A stretch of 64,000 nucleotides of DNA from Hemiscyllium ocellatum (taxonomy: Eukaryota): positions 3,162,001-3,226,000 of the forward strand of contig NW_026867487.1 in assembly GCF_020745735.1 (NCBI RefSeq), read 5' to 3'. A program made the translations under genes and the position numbers. The first letter of the stretch is position 1. Each line of letters begins with the position of its first letter. Under the pieces are notes generated by a model. The model saw only the letters and a list, made by a program, of their open reading frames with translations, made no database searches and had not been told where the DNA came from. Shown here one piece after another: positions 48,916-63,110 of the stretch.

Positions 48916-49803
48916 GGAGGGGGGTTTGTGGGGTGGGGATGGTGGCGAAGAGAGATTGAGGAGACAAAGAAAGAAGGCAGTGGAAGAAAGATAGATGACA
49001 GACAGNNNNNNNNNNNNNNNNNNNNNNNNNNNNNNNNNNNNNNNNNNNNNNNNNNNNNNNNNNNNNNNNNNNNNNNNNNNNNNNNNNNNNNNNNNNNNNN
49101 NNNNNNNNNNNNNNNNNNNNNNNNNNNNNNNNNNNNNNNNNNNNNNNNNNNNNNNNNNNNNNNNNNNNNNNNNNNNNNNNNNNNNNNNNNNNNNNNNNNN
49201 NNNNNNNNNNNNNNNNNNNNNNNNNNNNNNNNNNNNNNNNNNNNNNNNNNNNNNNNGACAGAGAAAAAAACCCCCAGCTATATAGGAGAATCGTATAACA
49301 GCGATATCAAAGATAATGCTGGGTAAGTGTGAGATTGAGTCCAGTGATGTGGAAGGTAGGATTGTAATTTGAGAGGGGACCGTTGTGGGGCTGTAAGGAG
49401 AATGCGTGACGTGGAATTGTCGGTGTGGGCGGTGTGGATAACTTTGGCATAATCCTAAACTGCTTATTTACAAATATGGCTTCAGTTGAGCAATTTTGGC
49501 CGAAAAAGAGCAGAGTCTTGAAAGTAAATGGTACAGTGAATCTGAGGAATTGCTTATGATGAATGTCGGCCAGTCGATCAGAATTTTCAGTCCTCCACTT
49601 TAATTGCAGCGACTGCAACCCAGATCGGTATGTGTTAGTGCACTGAGATTCTGCTCTGTTCCTCCTGCATGCAAAGCATCACTGCCCCCAGAAGACCGTG
49701 CGGTGGGAAGCTCCAAAGACACGTCAGCAGTTTACAGGAAGCCAGGTATTTGAATGGCTGTCTTCAAATGTTTGAGTGTCCTGTTACACAGAGGACAGTG
49801 ACA

Positions 49804-50260
49804 ATGAAGGTATTCAGCATCTGGATTGTGTGGGGGCCAATTCTAGCAGGTAGATGTGGAGGAAATTCAATTTCTACCACTCTTTCAAATCACAGTTTAA
49901 ACCGAGGGCATCCCGATAATTTAGAACTGATGCTTTTTTTTTCCTTTTCAGACCTGAGTCAAGGAGATTCTGTCATTCAGTCACTCTTCTCGGATGTTCG
50001 GGCAGAAGGAGAGGCAGTTATTCTTAACTGTACCTATGAAAGTACATCCAGCTACTCCGTATTATCCTGGCACCGACAGCGCCCAGACACACAGCCTGAG
50101 TACATACTCTGGCAAAGAAATGCTGGGTATGGAGGCGAAGCTGGTCTTGCTAAAGGTCGCTTCTCTGTCGAACTTCAGTCTGAGAGGAAATTCACCAGTT
50201 TGACTATTTCTGGGCTACAGCTGACTGACACTGCTGTTTATTACTGCGCCTTCAGGACCT
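49804..50260 (+). CDS. TCR delta/alpha V segment B' (leader 49804-49849, V exon 49952-50260)
   Basis: As V-B except leader MKVF and LQSERK. Confidence 0.93.
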
Positions 50261-50299
50261 CACAGTGATGATAAACAACCTCGCCTCTGTACAAGAACC
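50261..50299 (+). promoter_or_regulatory. 23-RSS of V-B'
   Basis: CACAGTG + 23 nt + ACAAGAACC. Confidence 0.93.
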
Positions 50300-52002
50300 G
50301 CTTTTGGACCATGGATTGATTCATTTATTGGTGCTTTTACGGAGCCTCAGTAAGTTACGATGTGCTTTCAGGAGTTCCATCTCAGACCGAGAGGAAACCA
50401 AACTAACCTCGCTTCAAATTGTCATGCAACTGTTTCCCTGACCTGCTGAGAAAATCGACAGCAGATTCTGAGGTTGCACACTGACACAGACAATATTCAC
50501 GCCAGAATTTCATGTTAAAGTTCAGCTGTCCCACTAATGCTGGAAAACGCATTTTCTTGCTCTGTACGTGACAATTAACAAACCAGCCATTCATCTCCAA
50601 TCTTGAAACCTCAAGTTCCTTAACATTCCCATCAGGATGCATGAACGCAATGCAAAACCAATTTTTGTTGTTCCAAGGCTGGAGGTCAGGAGAGACATCT
50701 CCGTGAGCAAACATTCTTTGAGTTTATCCACATCAGAATAATTTATCATTGTATAAAGCGAGCTGCGTGGGGACAACTGTGACTTTGTGTTAGGTCCCTA
50801 CCTAAGTTAAGAGGCACACCTTCAAGTCTCACATGCTCTCGATGTTTGTCATGAGAACTTGACAGAACAGACGCAGAAAAGTCACTTTCCCCTTTGCAGA
50901 ATCTGGAATCAGATGCTCAGAATAATGCATCACACCTTGAAGTTAGAAATGAGAATGGAAATCTTCTTTCAGAGGGAATATCTTTCACAGAGTCTGGGTG
51001 ATAAATCTGTTCACGTGTGAGATAGACCTGGAGAGGCTAGATGGTCTGAGACTGTACTCTGTGGAAATTGCAAGTCTGATCTGACCGAAGCAAAACATAT
51101 AAGTTCCCGAGATGATTTGATTTGGTGAATCTGTGAATCCACGTGGTGTCCACGTTTGCTTCAGTAAACGTACTCACTTTTTAAAATCCCACATTGACCC
51201 CTCTGTGATCTTTACACTGGCTATCACTAATCCCCACACTTACCTTGCATGATGCTGCTGCCACATTGGTTGCTGCGGTGTGCTGATGTTCTCCCACTGA
51301 GTTTATGCTCTTAATGATTTTCATTGTGGATATTTGTAGTACCTTCATGCCACTTGCAAAGGGTGACGTTGTATTACTTTGAACACGAATTGAAAGTGCA
51401 ACCAGAGAGGATTTGACTCTTTAAACTTCAGTGAAAGTCTTGTAAAAACTTTTCTGTTGTGTAAAAATGACGCACACGTGCTCACACACACATACAGACA
51501 CACACAACAAACACACTCATGCAAGCACTGAGTGTATTTCAACAGAAGGTAGGGACTGTAAGATTATTCATATATGCAGTGGATCCTGCCCTCTGAGGCC
51601 TGTGTGATTAGTGACTTAGAAGAAAAAAACACCCACAACAGCAATGAAGCAAAATGTTTAGATCAATGGAGAATGCTGTGAGCAACTAACAGAGGGTTAG
51701 AGAGATAATATTGAACCGGAGGACAGAGGAGTTTCAGAATATAGAGGTATCTTGTAAAATTAATATCAGAGATTTTGTTGGATCAGATTGAGGTTGTGCC
51801 CTGCGATAAGGAAGCTGATTGCAATTTGAGAGTGGACAGATTTTGAGCTCAAAAGTTACATATGTAGTTTGGAAATCTATCTCAGGAGTAGAAAGAAGAA
51901 CAGCAGAACGACAGAAAAAAAGAGAGAACAACAATGTTTCTTTTCTGATTTCAATAATCTATTTTGCTCACAAGAAAAATAGATCTCCTTTTATGTAGGC
52001 AT

Positions 52003-55000
52003 TGACAGAGTCAGAACACGTGGTTCTGGAAAAGTCCAGCAGGTCAGGTAACATCATACGAGCAGGAGAATCGACGTTTTGGGCATATGTCATTTATCAT
52101 GTTTGTAGGGAAGAGGAAAGGAGCTGAGAGATAATAGGATAATGAGTGGGTTGAGCGGAGGTAGCAGGAAAGGTGGTAGGCGGATGCAAATGGTGGTTGA
52201 TTGTGATACTCGGTGGGGTGGGTCGGTGCGAAGGAAGATGGACAAGTGGCACAGGTCGAGAGGGCGGTGCCGAGTTGGAAGTTTAGAACTGGGGTGAGAT
52301 GGGAGGAGGGGAAATCTAGAAACTAGTGAAGTCGAAGTTAATGTCGTATGTTTGAGTGGTCCTAAGGCGGAGGATAAGACGTTCTTTTTCCAGTCATCAG
52401 GTGGATTGAATTGATTGAATTTATTGCCACGTGTCCTGAGGCACAGTGAAAATCTTTGTGGGATTTGGCAGTGAGGAGGCCAAGGGCTTGTATCTCCTTG
52501 GTGGAGTGGGCGAAGTCGTTGAAGTGTTCGGCCACAGGGTTGTAGGTATGTTGGGTGCGTGTGTCCCAGAGATATTCCCTGAAATGTTCAGAGAGTTGGT
52601 GCCATGTCTCTCCGATATGGAGGAGATCGCATCGAGAGCAACAGACACTGCAGGTGAGGTGGATGGATGTGCAGGTAAATGTCTGTGGAGGTGAAAAGAT
52701 CCTGATGGTACCTGACCTACAGTGCCCTTCCAGCGCCACAGTTTTCGATTCTGACCCTGCAGCATCTGCAGTCCTCGCTTTCTCTCTACTTACGTTGAAA
52801 CGAAAGTAGTTTGCGTCTGTGCAGGTAGCATATCAATAAATACACAAAACATCGGAGTTTGGCTATCCACAAAACCAAATATCTCTCTTACTCACTAGGA
52901 GGATCAGATAACTGAACAGGATCCCATTTTTCTTCAGCAGGAAGACCTCACAGCGTGGTCTTTCCCCACTGCTCCTGGGCAGCAGTTGCCCCAGGGTTTA
53001 GGACATCCCTTGGCACGTGTCCTGCTCGTTGGGATGTGCCAGTCTGCAACACTCGGTCAGGGTCAAATCCTTGTTCTGGAAGACAAACACAATTCGGGCA
53101 GACCAAAGAGCATCATTCACTGACTTGATGCTGCACCAGGCGCCAATAATGTCTGTCTTGGTGCACATCCCAGGAAACCCAATGTAGAGCGCAGAGCCCT
53201 GTGGTATGGAGCTGCTCAGAAAGTAACTCGACATCAAGTATTGCATCTTCCAGCGGCCTTCTCGTGCAAAGGCACATTCCAGTGGGAGATATATGACAGA
53301 TGCAACCCCTCTGCAACCACTTCAGCATGCGCTGGTGCAGGCTGACCAGGTATGCATGAAGGATACCACAGGTCGTGCCCTTCTTGGCACCAGCCAAGCG
53401 ATGTCTTAGTGCTTTTTGGAAAGTACTGGTTACGAAACAGTCAGTCAAATAGTTTTCACAGTCTGCTCAGGGAAAAACACAATATGATCCATTCTTTCCT
53501 TTTCCAACAGGGTCTCGAGGACGCTCCATGCTGACCACTTTCTGATGAACATGAGATGAAACGTGTTTTCCTTTGTAAACGTCCGTACACAGGACAGGGG
53601 AGAATGAGTGGACCAAGTACTTGGAGTGTTCCACGGTTTCATCCTTCTTAACACGGGAGACAGTAGAATCTCAGTATATGGTGACATTTGGTGTTTCAGT
53701 GATGGGGGTCTATGCAAAGCTTAGTGCAGCCATGCACAAAGGTAGCCATCAGGATGAGGGGAATATTGGGTACGTTCTTCGTCCCATATTCAGAGATTTT
53801 TTATATGCATTCCCTGCAGACTCCATCTACCTTAGGCCTCTGGATGAAAGGTGTCTCTGGTGAGTGGAACAGGACAGTTTTGGGGGACAGGTCTGACCTG
53901 TCCTGTCTACAGTAGTCGGGAGAGTGTCTCACATCTGATGATCAGTTTTACCCACAATAGAGAGGAAGCGGTGATCCCAAAAGGCCACTTTCTACTTTAC
54001 TTTGGTGATGCCCTCCCCACAAGAGTCTGTGCACGGCCCGGCTCCTCTGAACCATACTCCCAGCACCTCCAGGTAGCCTGTCCTGACGGTAAATGCAATT
54101 AAGTTGTAGTCGGCCAAGTTTCCAAAAACATGACCTCGTTCTTGCTTCAATTTACCTTGCCTCCTAAGGCCAGTTTGACCTGGTCGCAGCTGCTCACGAT
54201 TTGGTGTATTGACAGCGAGAATCTGAGTAGAAAATAGCGACGTCATTCATGTACAAGGTGGCTTTGACCTGCAGGCCACTGCTGCCTGGACTAGTCACTC
54301 CCCTTCATGCGTGCATCGTTCCTGATGGGTTCAGCAATGTGCTCTACATTACGCACAAACAAGGCAAGAGACACTGGGCAGAAAATGTGTTGCTGGAAAA
54401 GCGCAGCAAGTCAGGCAGCATCCAAGGAACAGGAGATTTGACGTTTCGGGCATAAGCCCTTCTTCAGGAATTCCTGAAGAAGGGCTTATGCCCGAAACGT
54501 CGAACCTCCTGCTCCTTGGATGCTGCCTGACCTGTTGCGCTTTTCCAGCAACACATTTTCAGCTCTGATCTCCAGCATCTGCAGACCTCACTTTCTCCCC
54601 TAAGAGACACTGGGCAGCCCTACCTGACTGCGAATCTGATCAGGAACCTTTCAGATTCTGACCCATTGATTGAGACTGCTCTAACGATGTTGGTGTATAG
54701 TATTCGGATTCAACCACAAATTCCCCTCCTCAGTTTGGAGAGCATGTTCACCCGTACGTGTGCAATATCGTGTCAACGGCCTTCTCCTGCTCCAGGCTGA
54801 TGAAGCAGGCGTCCATCAACCTATCCTGCACGCATCCAGAGGAGCAAGAGACTCTCAGAGATTGTCTGTGTTACAGTTTGTTCGGAGTGAATCGTCAAAC
54901 CCAGAGCAGACCTGACAAGATTGGCGATGACTTTAGGCAGGATTTTGTAGTCTGCATTCAGCAATGATATTGGTTTCCAATCTCTAACTTAGTCCCACTC

Positions 55001-55270
55001 CCCCTTCCGTTTGTAGATGAGAATGTTGATGGAGCCGCTAATGAAACCTGCCTCGTACCTCTTGCACAGCTCCAGCAGGTCCTGACCAATCAGGTCACAC
55101 AGCGCTGAATACAACTCGGCCAGTATACTGGCGCTTCCAGGACGTTTATTCTTTCCTAAGGACTAAAGAGCCTTGGTAATATCATCCAGAATTATCTACA
55201 GCTCCAGTCTCTCCAACGTGCTTTGTACCAGACCTCGTGATAGAGGACAGGAACAACTGGGAGAAAGAAA
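52003..55270 (-). mobile_element. Duplicate of the Neptune-PLE fragment, Tx1 ORF2 and palindromic mini-element (54382-54601)
   Basis: Near-identical to 24975-28235. Confidence 0.85.
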
Positions 55271-55565
55271 ACAACAAAAAACAGTGTCTTTATAGTAAAG
55301 GGCACAATGAAAGTGGGAAGTTGCTAATCATGAATGAAATTGATGGAATTCTCGACTCTCCTTGTTAAGTGCAGATCCAGATGTATAATTCACAGAGAAG
55401 CTGCTCTCCTCCACCCACACGAATAGCATATCCCCTCCCCCCCCCACCCCCACAGAGCAGTGAGGTGGGAATCTCCGGAGACACGTCAGCAGTTTACCGA
55501 GGGCAGGTTAACAGAATGGGTGTCTTCAAATAGCCGACTGCACTCTGACACAGAAGACAGTGACA

Positions 55566-56018
55566 ATGCGGCTAGTCAGCATTTGGGTTGTGTGGAGCAC
55601 AATTCTAGCAGGTAAATGTGGAGGAAATGGAAGATATACTTCTTATTTAAAACACAATTTAAAACCAGCCGAGCCTAACACCTTACAATTGATATCTGCT
55701 TTCTCTTTCAGATCCGAGCCATGGAAATTCTGTCACTCAGTCACTGGCCTCAGCTGTTTGGGCAGAAGGAGAGTTGGTGACTCTAAGCTGTACCTATGAT
55801 ACTACATGGAGCAACTATTGGTTACACTGGTACCGTCGGCAGCTGGATACACAGCCCGAGTATATACTGTTGAAATCGAATGCTGGCTTTGATCATAAAG
55901 CAGACTTTGCGAAAAATCGCTTCTCAGGAGAACTTCAGACCTCGAATAAATTCACCAGTTTGACTATCAATGGGCTGGAACTGGCTGACTCTGCCGTGTA
56001 TTACTGTGCACTGAGTGA
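55566..56018 (+). CDS. TCR delta/alpha V segment C' (leader 55566-55611, V exon 55712-56018)
   Basis: As V-C except RFSGE vs RFLGE. Confidence 0.93.
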
Positions 56019-56057
56019 CACGGTGATAATAAACAGGCTCTCCACTGTACAAAAACT
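56019..56057 (+). promoter_or_regulatory. 23-RSS of V-C'
   Basis: CACGGTG + 23 nt + ACAAAAACT. Confidence 0.92.
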
Positions 56058-57559
56058 GCCTTTGGATCACAGATAGTTCCATATATTGGGGGTTTCTCGG
56101 TTTGTTGGAAAGTTATTATGTGCTTTCAGGAGTCTAAACAAACACCGAGAGAAAACCAAACTAACCTTGCAACAAACTGTCACCAAAATCTTTCCCTAAG
56201 CTGCTTGAGAGAAAATAAACTGTGAACTCTGGACTTGCGCACAGACACAGAGGAGAATGATGTGTGATCCCACCCGTTGTACTCCCCACCACCAAACAAT
56301 TTGCTGTCCTGTGATTTGTTGTTCATGAACTGAGAGACAGCACGGAGTTTTACATCCTCAACGTCCACACACGCGTGCAGGGACACCACAGCAGTTAACT
56401 GAGTTAAAACAAAACGGACAAAATTATGGATGCTGGAAATCAGAACATTATCCTGAATATAATCCACAGAAATCAATTGCCCACTTGAGATTCGTAGGGG
56501 CTACAGATATGCAGTGATATTGCCAGTTTTTGGAGCTAGTGAGGACTGCAGTTGCTGGAGATCAGAGGCTAGAATGTGGTGATGGAAAATCATAGCAGGT
56601 CATGCAGCATCCGAGAAACAGGTGAATCGACGTTTTAGGATGAAGGGCTTATGTCCAAAACGTCGATTCTCCTGCTCCTCGGATGCTGCCTGACCCGCTG
56701 GACGTTCCCAGCACCACACTCTCGACTACTGTCACTTTGTGTCAAGTAGATCCCATTTTTCGCCTCACCTGGTCTAGTTGTAGGTAAAACATCTGTGAAC
56801 AAGTTGTGTAGAAAATTGATATCTTCTCACAGATTCAGGTTTATGTAATAATTGGTATAGATCAGACCAGATCCACTCAAAGTATTTTAATAAGCTCGTC
56901 CAGACTTTATTTGTATCAATATTAAAGACAGATGTAACGTGTTGTGTTTCAGATACAACTCAACTGGTTCAACTACTCGACATTAAGCAAAAGACAATTT
57001 GTTCAAACACTACAATTAAAATGCATTAAAGAAAGAGGAGATTAGAATAACTTACCTCTCCTGGATAATTCATCTGAACTATCGATGCATCGACAATTAC
57101 TCTTATAATTTCAATTTAATAAAATACCATAAAGCAAATTCAGAGAAAAAAGTCTCACATGCAGTTCTACAATCCAGGAGGGAATAAAAGAGAAAACTTA
57201 GAGAGAGTAACTGCCAGGAGGCGTTTCTGCTGCTTTCAACTGTGGTGTGCCCCCAGCGACTTCTGATACCGCGGAAAAGCCAAAATCCAATAATCCGGAT
57301 CCTCTTGAGCTTGTCATAATCATTCATGCTGTTAACCGGCCCCCACAGGACTTCCCCAGATGTTTACTCAAGTAATCTTCACTGGACATCTCTGCACCTC
57401 TGCTTAAATGTTTCTCTGAAAAAGAAACCAGGACAAAACAACATCTTAAAGCCACAGCATCGTCTGAAGTTCAATAATGAACGTGGGACCTCCAAAAAAT
57501 TCATTTGTGTTCGCGTGTTGCTACTGGGCAGCTGTTGGTATAGCTCCTATCTCCACTGG

Positions 57560-58580
57560 GGTTTCTGTACTTGCGGCTGATTGGGTTGTATAGAAGGGGT
57601 ACTCTGTAGCACATTCTCTCCCAATGTCTCTGATGGTCAAAGTGCTGTATTTTCATTTCAGGAAAGAATGACCCGAATTGTCCCTCTCTGAACACGCTGC
57701 CAAAATATGCCCTGTCTGTGACACCAATGGAACCATTGCAGAAATCTGAGCAAGGTATTGGTACAGCAGTTAGTTCGAGGCTTCCAGAGACAGATGATTA
57801 GATTTCCTACTGCGTAGAAACAGGCCGTTCAGCCCAACAAGTCCACTCCAACCCTTCGAAGAGTAACCCATTCCCCTCTTAATGATGCACCTAACACTAT
57901 CCGCAGTTTAGCATGGCTAAATCACCTGACCTGTACATCTTTGGTGTGTGGGACGAAACGGTGGCTCATTGGTTAGCACTGCTCCCTCACAGCACCATAG
58001 ACCCGGTTTCGATTCCTGGCTCGGGCATCTGTCTGTGTGGAGTTTGCACATTCTCCCCGTGTCTGTGTCGGTTTTCTATGGGTGCTCCAGTTTCCTCTCA
58101 AAGTCCAAAGATGTGCAGGTCAGGTGAATTGGCTATGTCGGTGTGGACATGTTCGGCCAAAGGGCCTGTTTCCACACATAGGTAATCTCATCTAAAACTG
58201 TCCTTTCAAGTGGCTGTATCATTTGGCGGGGTGATAGGTGGCGAAGGTAGAATATTGATCCAGGGACACTGAAGAAAGGGTGATGCATTTCCAATTCTGG
58301 ATTCTACTGAGTGACTTGGAGGAGATATTGAAAGATTTATTTCCGCACTTACTCTGACAGGTGGAAACAGTGGCTCGTTTGGTCAGTGCTGCTGATTTAC
58401 TTTTGCTTACCACTTTTCTCAATAATTAACAGTAGCTTTCAAAACTCAGTCACAATAATATAATCTCCAAATCAAGATTTGTGTAGGTCCCACGAAGATA
58501 AAGGACGTGATTCGGACGTGATTGCATTCAGCTTGAGCATAATCAATGTTAATTACAACTCCAGATTAATGTCCTATTGA
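57560..58580 (-). pseudogene. Inverted TRAV-like pseudogene with inverted HE1 pair (duplicate of 30534-31625)
   Basis: Nonamer at 57560-57568; same lesions; SINEs at ~57795-58195. Confidence 0.8.
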
Positions 58581-60184
58581 TGGATGTTCAAAACCAAAAG
58601 AAACACCAATTCCCCTTTTTATGGTTCACATCAGGAGACAGCGGAAAATGCTGTTGTGATATTTCCAACTACACACAGTAATCAGTAGCCAACGAACTGG
58701 TGCATCATCAGTTTCCATCTATGCATTTAGTTGCAAGTGCAAAAGTGTATGCATCACATGTCTGCGTGAAAGTTTTTTTGTGCATATTTGTCTGAGTTTT
58801 TTACGAATGTGTTTCGATATGTTATACGATATATTGTTCGCTCTGTCTTAATGTTTGATGGGAGAATGTTCAAAATATCAGAAACGTTCATCTGGACAGT
58901 TCTCTCATGGATCTAATGTTCGCACAGCAGCAACTGGCTGTTGCTTTGTGGTATATGTTGGCTGTAGGGATGAAAAGGAATGAATTTATCAAAAAGATCA
59001 TTCTGTGTTTCGCGCCCTTCTGTTCAACGCAAAGCAACTTTGACCCTTCCAGGTGCATGTCCATGAGTGCACAAAAGAAAGTTCAAACTGTGCAGAAACT
59101 TAATCAGAAGGGGGAACAGCAACACACAGCACCATTCTAACTGACAGCACCACCAACTCACAGCCTCTGGTACTCTTCATTCGCATGTCTAACCGACATT
59201 CATAAATTCACTGGCGATATTCTAATGATTCCTTTTTTTCCTTTACTACCCTATGTTCATCCGCCTGTCATTCTGAACAGCCCCTTCCAAATCTCACATG
59301 CCAGTTTCCCAGCAGAACAATTCCCAGTTTATTAAGAAATTCTGTTTATTCAGAGTGAATTTCTGGATTCGAAATAGTTTGTACACAATGGGTAGACTTC
59401 AAAATGTAGTGTTTGTCTGATTCTTAAAACAAACTCAAACTTAGATTCTCTTCAAGAGCGTGTTGTATTTTATGTGTTTCCAAATGCTGGAAGTCCTGTT
59501 TAATTTCCCAATTTGTTCATGACAATTAGCAGACCCAGACATTCATCTCCACTCCTGCACTCTAAAATGTGGAATTACAACCCCACTAATTTAACAGAAA
59601 AATACTTTGTTTTGTTACACGGCTGAAGGTCTGAAGGGGAATGAATGCGTGTAAACATCTTTTGTGTTTATCAACATCGGAAGCTTCGTCAGTGCAAAAG
59701 CGAGTTGCATAGAAACGGGATGGTGGCATCTTACTCTGATTCTTGAGGAACAACTTCAAGTCCCCCATGTTTGAGAGGTATGGACTAAAAACGTAACAGG
59801 GCAGACATGGCAAAGTTGTTTCGCTCTGATGGCAGATGTAGGAGCAGGTGATGTAATGTGAGAGGAAGTAATCACACATTGAAGTTCGAGGTGATGAGGA
59901 ATTTCTTTTCTCAGAGGGAAAAGAATCTGTTGAATGATTTACCACAGAATCTCGGAGCCAAATATGCTCAAGGCTGAGATAGACATTGAAAGACTACATA
60001 GCATGGGCTTGTGTTCTCGGGAGATTCCAAGAGTCAGACGTGTTCGATCAGAACTAGAAGAGATCCTTACAAGACTTGATTTGGAAGTTCTGTAATTCAT
60101 GCCCTGAACATGCCTGTTTTCTCTATAGTAACTATCTCTGTAATCCCCAAAGTGATTTCTCTTAAATCTTCACACTGGCTAACT

Positions 60185-63110
60185 GTTATAGAACATAGAA
60201 CATAGAACAATCCAGCACAGAACAGGCCCTTCGGCCCACAATGTTGTGCCGAACATTTGTCCTAGCTTAAGCACCTATCCATGTACCTATCCAATTGCTG
60301 CTTAAAGGTCACCAATGATTCTGACTCTGCCACTCCCACAGACAGCGCATTCCATGCCCCCACCCACTCTCTGGGTAAAGAACCTACCCCGACATCCCCC
60401 CTATACCTTCTACCGTTCACCTTAAATTTATGTCCCCTTGTAACACTCTGCTGTACTTGGGGAAAAAGTCTCTGACCGTCTACTCTATCTATTCCCCGAT
60501 CCTCTTATAAACCACTATCAAGTCCCCCCTCATCCTTCACTGTTCCAATGAGAAAAGGCCTAGCACTCTCAACCTATCCTCGTACGATCTATTCTCCATT
60601 CCAGGCAACATCCTGGTAAATCTCCTCTGCACCCTCTCCAAAGCTTCCACATCTTCCCAAAAAAAGGCGACCAGAACTGCACACAGTACTCCAAATGTAG
60701 CCTTACCGAGGTCCTGTACAGCTGCAACATTACCTCACGACTCTTGAATTCAATCCCTCTGCTCATGAACGCTAACACACCATAGGCCTTCTTACAAGCT
60801 CTATCCACCTGAGTGGCAACTTTCAAAGAGCTATGAACATAGACTCCAAGATCCCTTTGCTCTTCCACCTTACTAAGAACCCTATCGTTAACCCTGTATC
60901 AGGCATTCTTATTTGCCCTTCCAATATGGGCAACCTCACATTTGACAGGGTTGATCTCCATCTGCCACTCCTCAGCTCAGCTCTGCATCATATCTAAATC
61001 CCTTTGCAGCTGACAACAGCCCTCCTCACTATCCACAACTCCACCAATCTTCCTATCGTCTGCAAATTTACTGACCAACTCCTTGCCTCCCTCTTCGAAG
61101 TCATTAATAAAAATTACAAACAGCAGAGGGCCCAGAACTGATCCCTGCGGAACTCCACTTGTAACTGGGCTCCAGGGTGAATATTTGCCATCTACCACCA
61201 CTCTCTGACTTCGACTGGTTAGCCAGTTCTTTATCCAACTGGCCAAATTTCCCACTATCCCAGGCCTCCAGACTTTCTGCATAAGCCTACCATGGGGCAC
61301 CTCATCAAATGTCTTATTATTATCCATGTACACTACATCCACTGCTCTACCCTCATCCACATGCTTGGTCGCCTCCTCAAAGAATTCAATAAGACTTGTA
61401 AGGTAAGATCTACCCCTCACAAATCCGTGCTGGCTGTCCCTAATCAAGCAGTGTCTTTCCAGATACTCATAAATCCTATCCCTCAGTACCCTTTCCATTA
61501 CTTTGCCTACCACCAAAATAAGACTAACTGGCCTGTAATTCCCGGGGTTATCCCTATCCCTTTTATGAACAGGGGCACAACATTCGCCACTCTCCAGTCC
61601 CCTGGTACCACTCCCGTTGACAGTGAAGACGAAAAGATCATTGCCAACGGCTCTGCAATTTCCTCTCTTTCTTCTCACATAATCCGAGGATATACCCCGT
61701 CAGGCCTGTCTATCCTCAAGTTTTTCAAAATGCCCAACACATCTTCCTTCCTAACAAGTATCTCCTCTAGCTTACCAGTCCGTTTCATACTCTTCTCTTC
61801 AACAATGCGATCCCTCTCATTTGTAAATACTGAACAAAAGTACTCATTCAAGACCTCTCCTATCTCTTCCGACTGAATACACAGTCTTGCACTACTGTCC
61901 TTGACTGGACCTACCCTCGTTCTCGTCATTCTCATGTTTCTCACATACACATAAAAGGCCTTGGGGTTATCTTTGATCCTACCCGCCAAAGATTTTTCAT
62001 GCCCTCTCTTAGCTCCGGTAATCCCTTTCTTCAGCTCCCTCCTGGCTATCCTGCATCTCTCCAATGCTCCGTGTGAACCTTGTTTCCTCAACCTTATGGA
62101 AGTCTCCTTCTTCCTCTTTCCATGACATTCAACCTCCCTCGTCAACCAAGGTTGCATCACACGACCATCTCTTTCCTCCCTAACATATACATACATAACG
62201 TCGTATCTGTTCCTTGAAAAAGTTCCACATTTCAACGACAGCCTTCCCTGACAGCCTATGCTCCCAACTAATGCTCCTCAGATCTTGTCTTGCAGCATCG
62301 TATTTACCCTTCCCCCAATTGTAAAACCCATCCTGTTGCACGCACCTATCTCTCTCCATAACCAAGGTGAAAGTCACAGAATTATGATCACAATCACCAA
62401 AATGCTCACCCACTAAAAAACCCATCACTTGTCCCGGTTCGTTACCAAATACTAAATCCAATATGGCCTCCCCTCTGGTCGGACAGTCTACATAATGAGT
62501 TAGAAAAGCTTCCTGGACTGCAAAAACACCATCCCATCCAATCTACTTGATCTAATGCACTTCCAGTCAATATTTGGGAAGTTGAAGTCGCCCATGACTA
62601 CTACCCTGTGGCTTCTGCACCTTTCCAAAATTTGTTTCCCAATCTGTTTCTCCACATCTCTGCTGCTATTGGGGGGCCTTTAGTAAACACTCAACAAGGT
62701 GACTGCTCCTTTCTTACGTCTGACTTCAGCCCATACTGCCTTCAAAGGCAGATCCCCCTCGAACTGCTTTTCTGCAGCTGTTATACTATTTCTAATTAGC
62801 AACTCCACCCCTTCCTTTTTTTACCACCCTCCCTAATCTTACTGAAACATCTGTAACCAGGAACCTCCAACAACCATTCCTGTCCCTCTTCTATCCACGC
62901 TTCCGTGATGGCCACAACATCGTAGTCCCAAGTACCGATCCACGCCTTAAGTTCATCCACCTTATTTCTGATACTTCTTGTGTTGAAATATACACACTTG
63001 AACCCATCTTTGAGTCCACAAGTATTCCCTGTCAGTGCTACCTTCTCCACAGCCTCTCTACATTCTTGGACATCCTGAAAAACAGCTAACTTACTTGCTG
63101 GACTACAAGT
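60185..63110 (-). mobile_element. CR1 LINE, longer than its paralog (includes the endonuclease region)
   Basis: CVYFNTRSIRNKVDEL...YDVVAITEAW at 62796-63278; RT ORFs at 60977-62461. Confidence 0.9.
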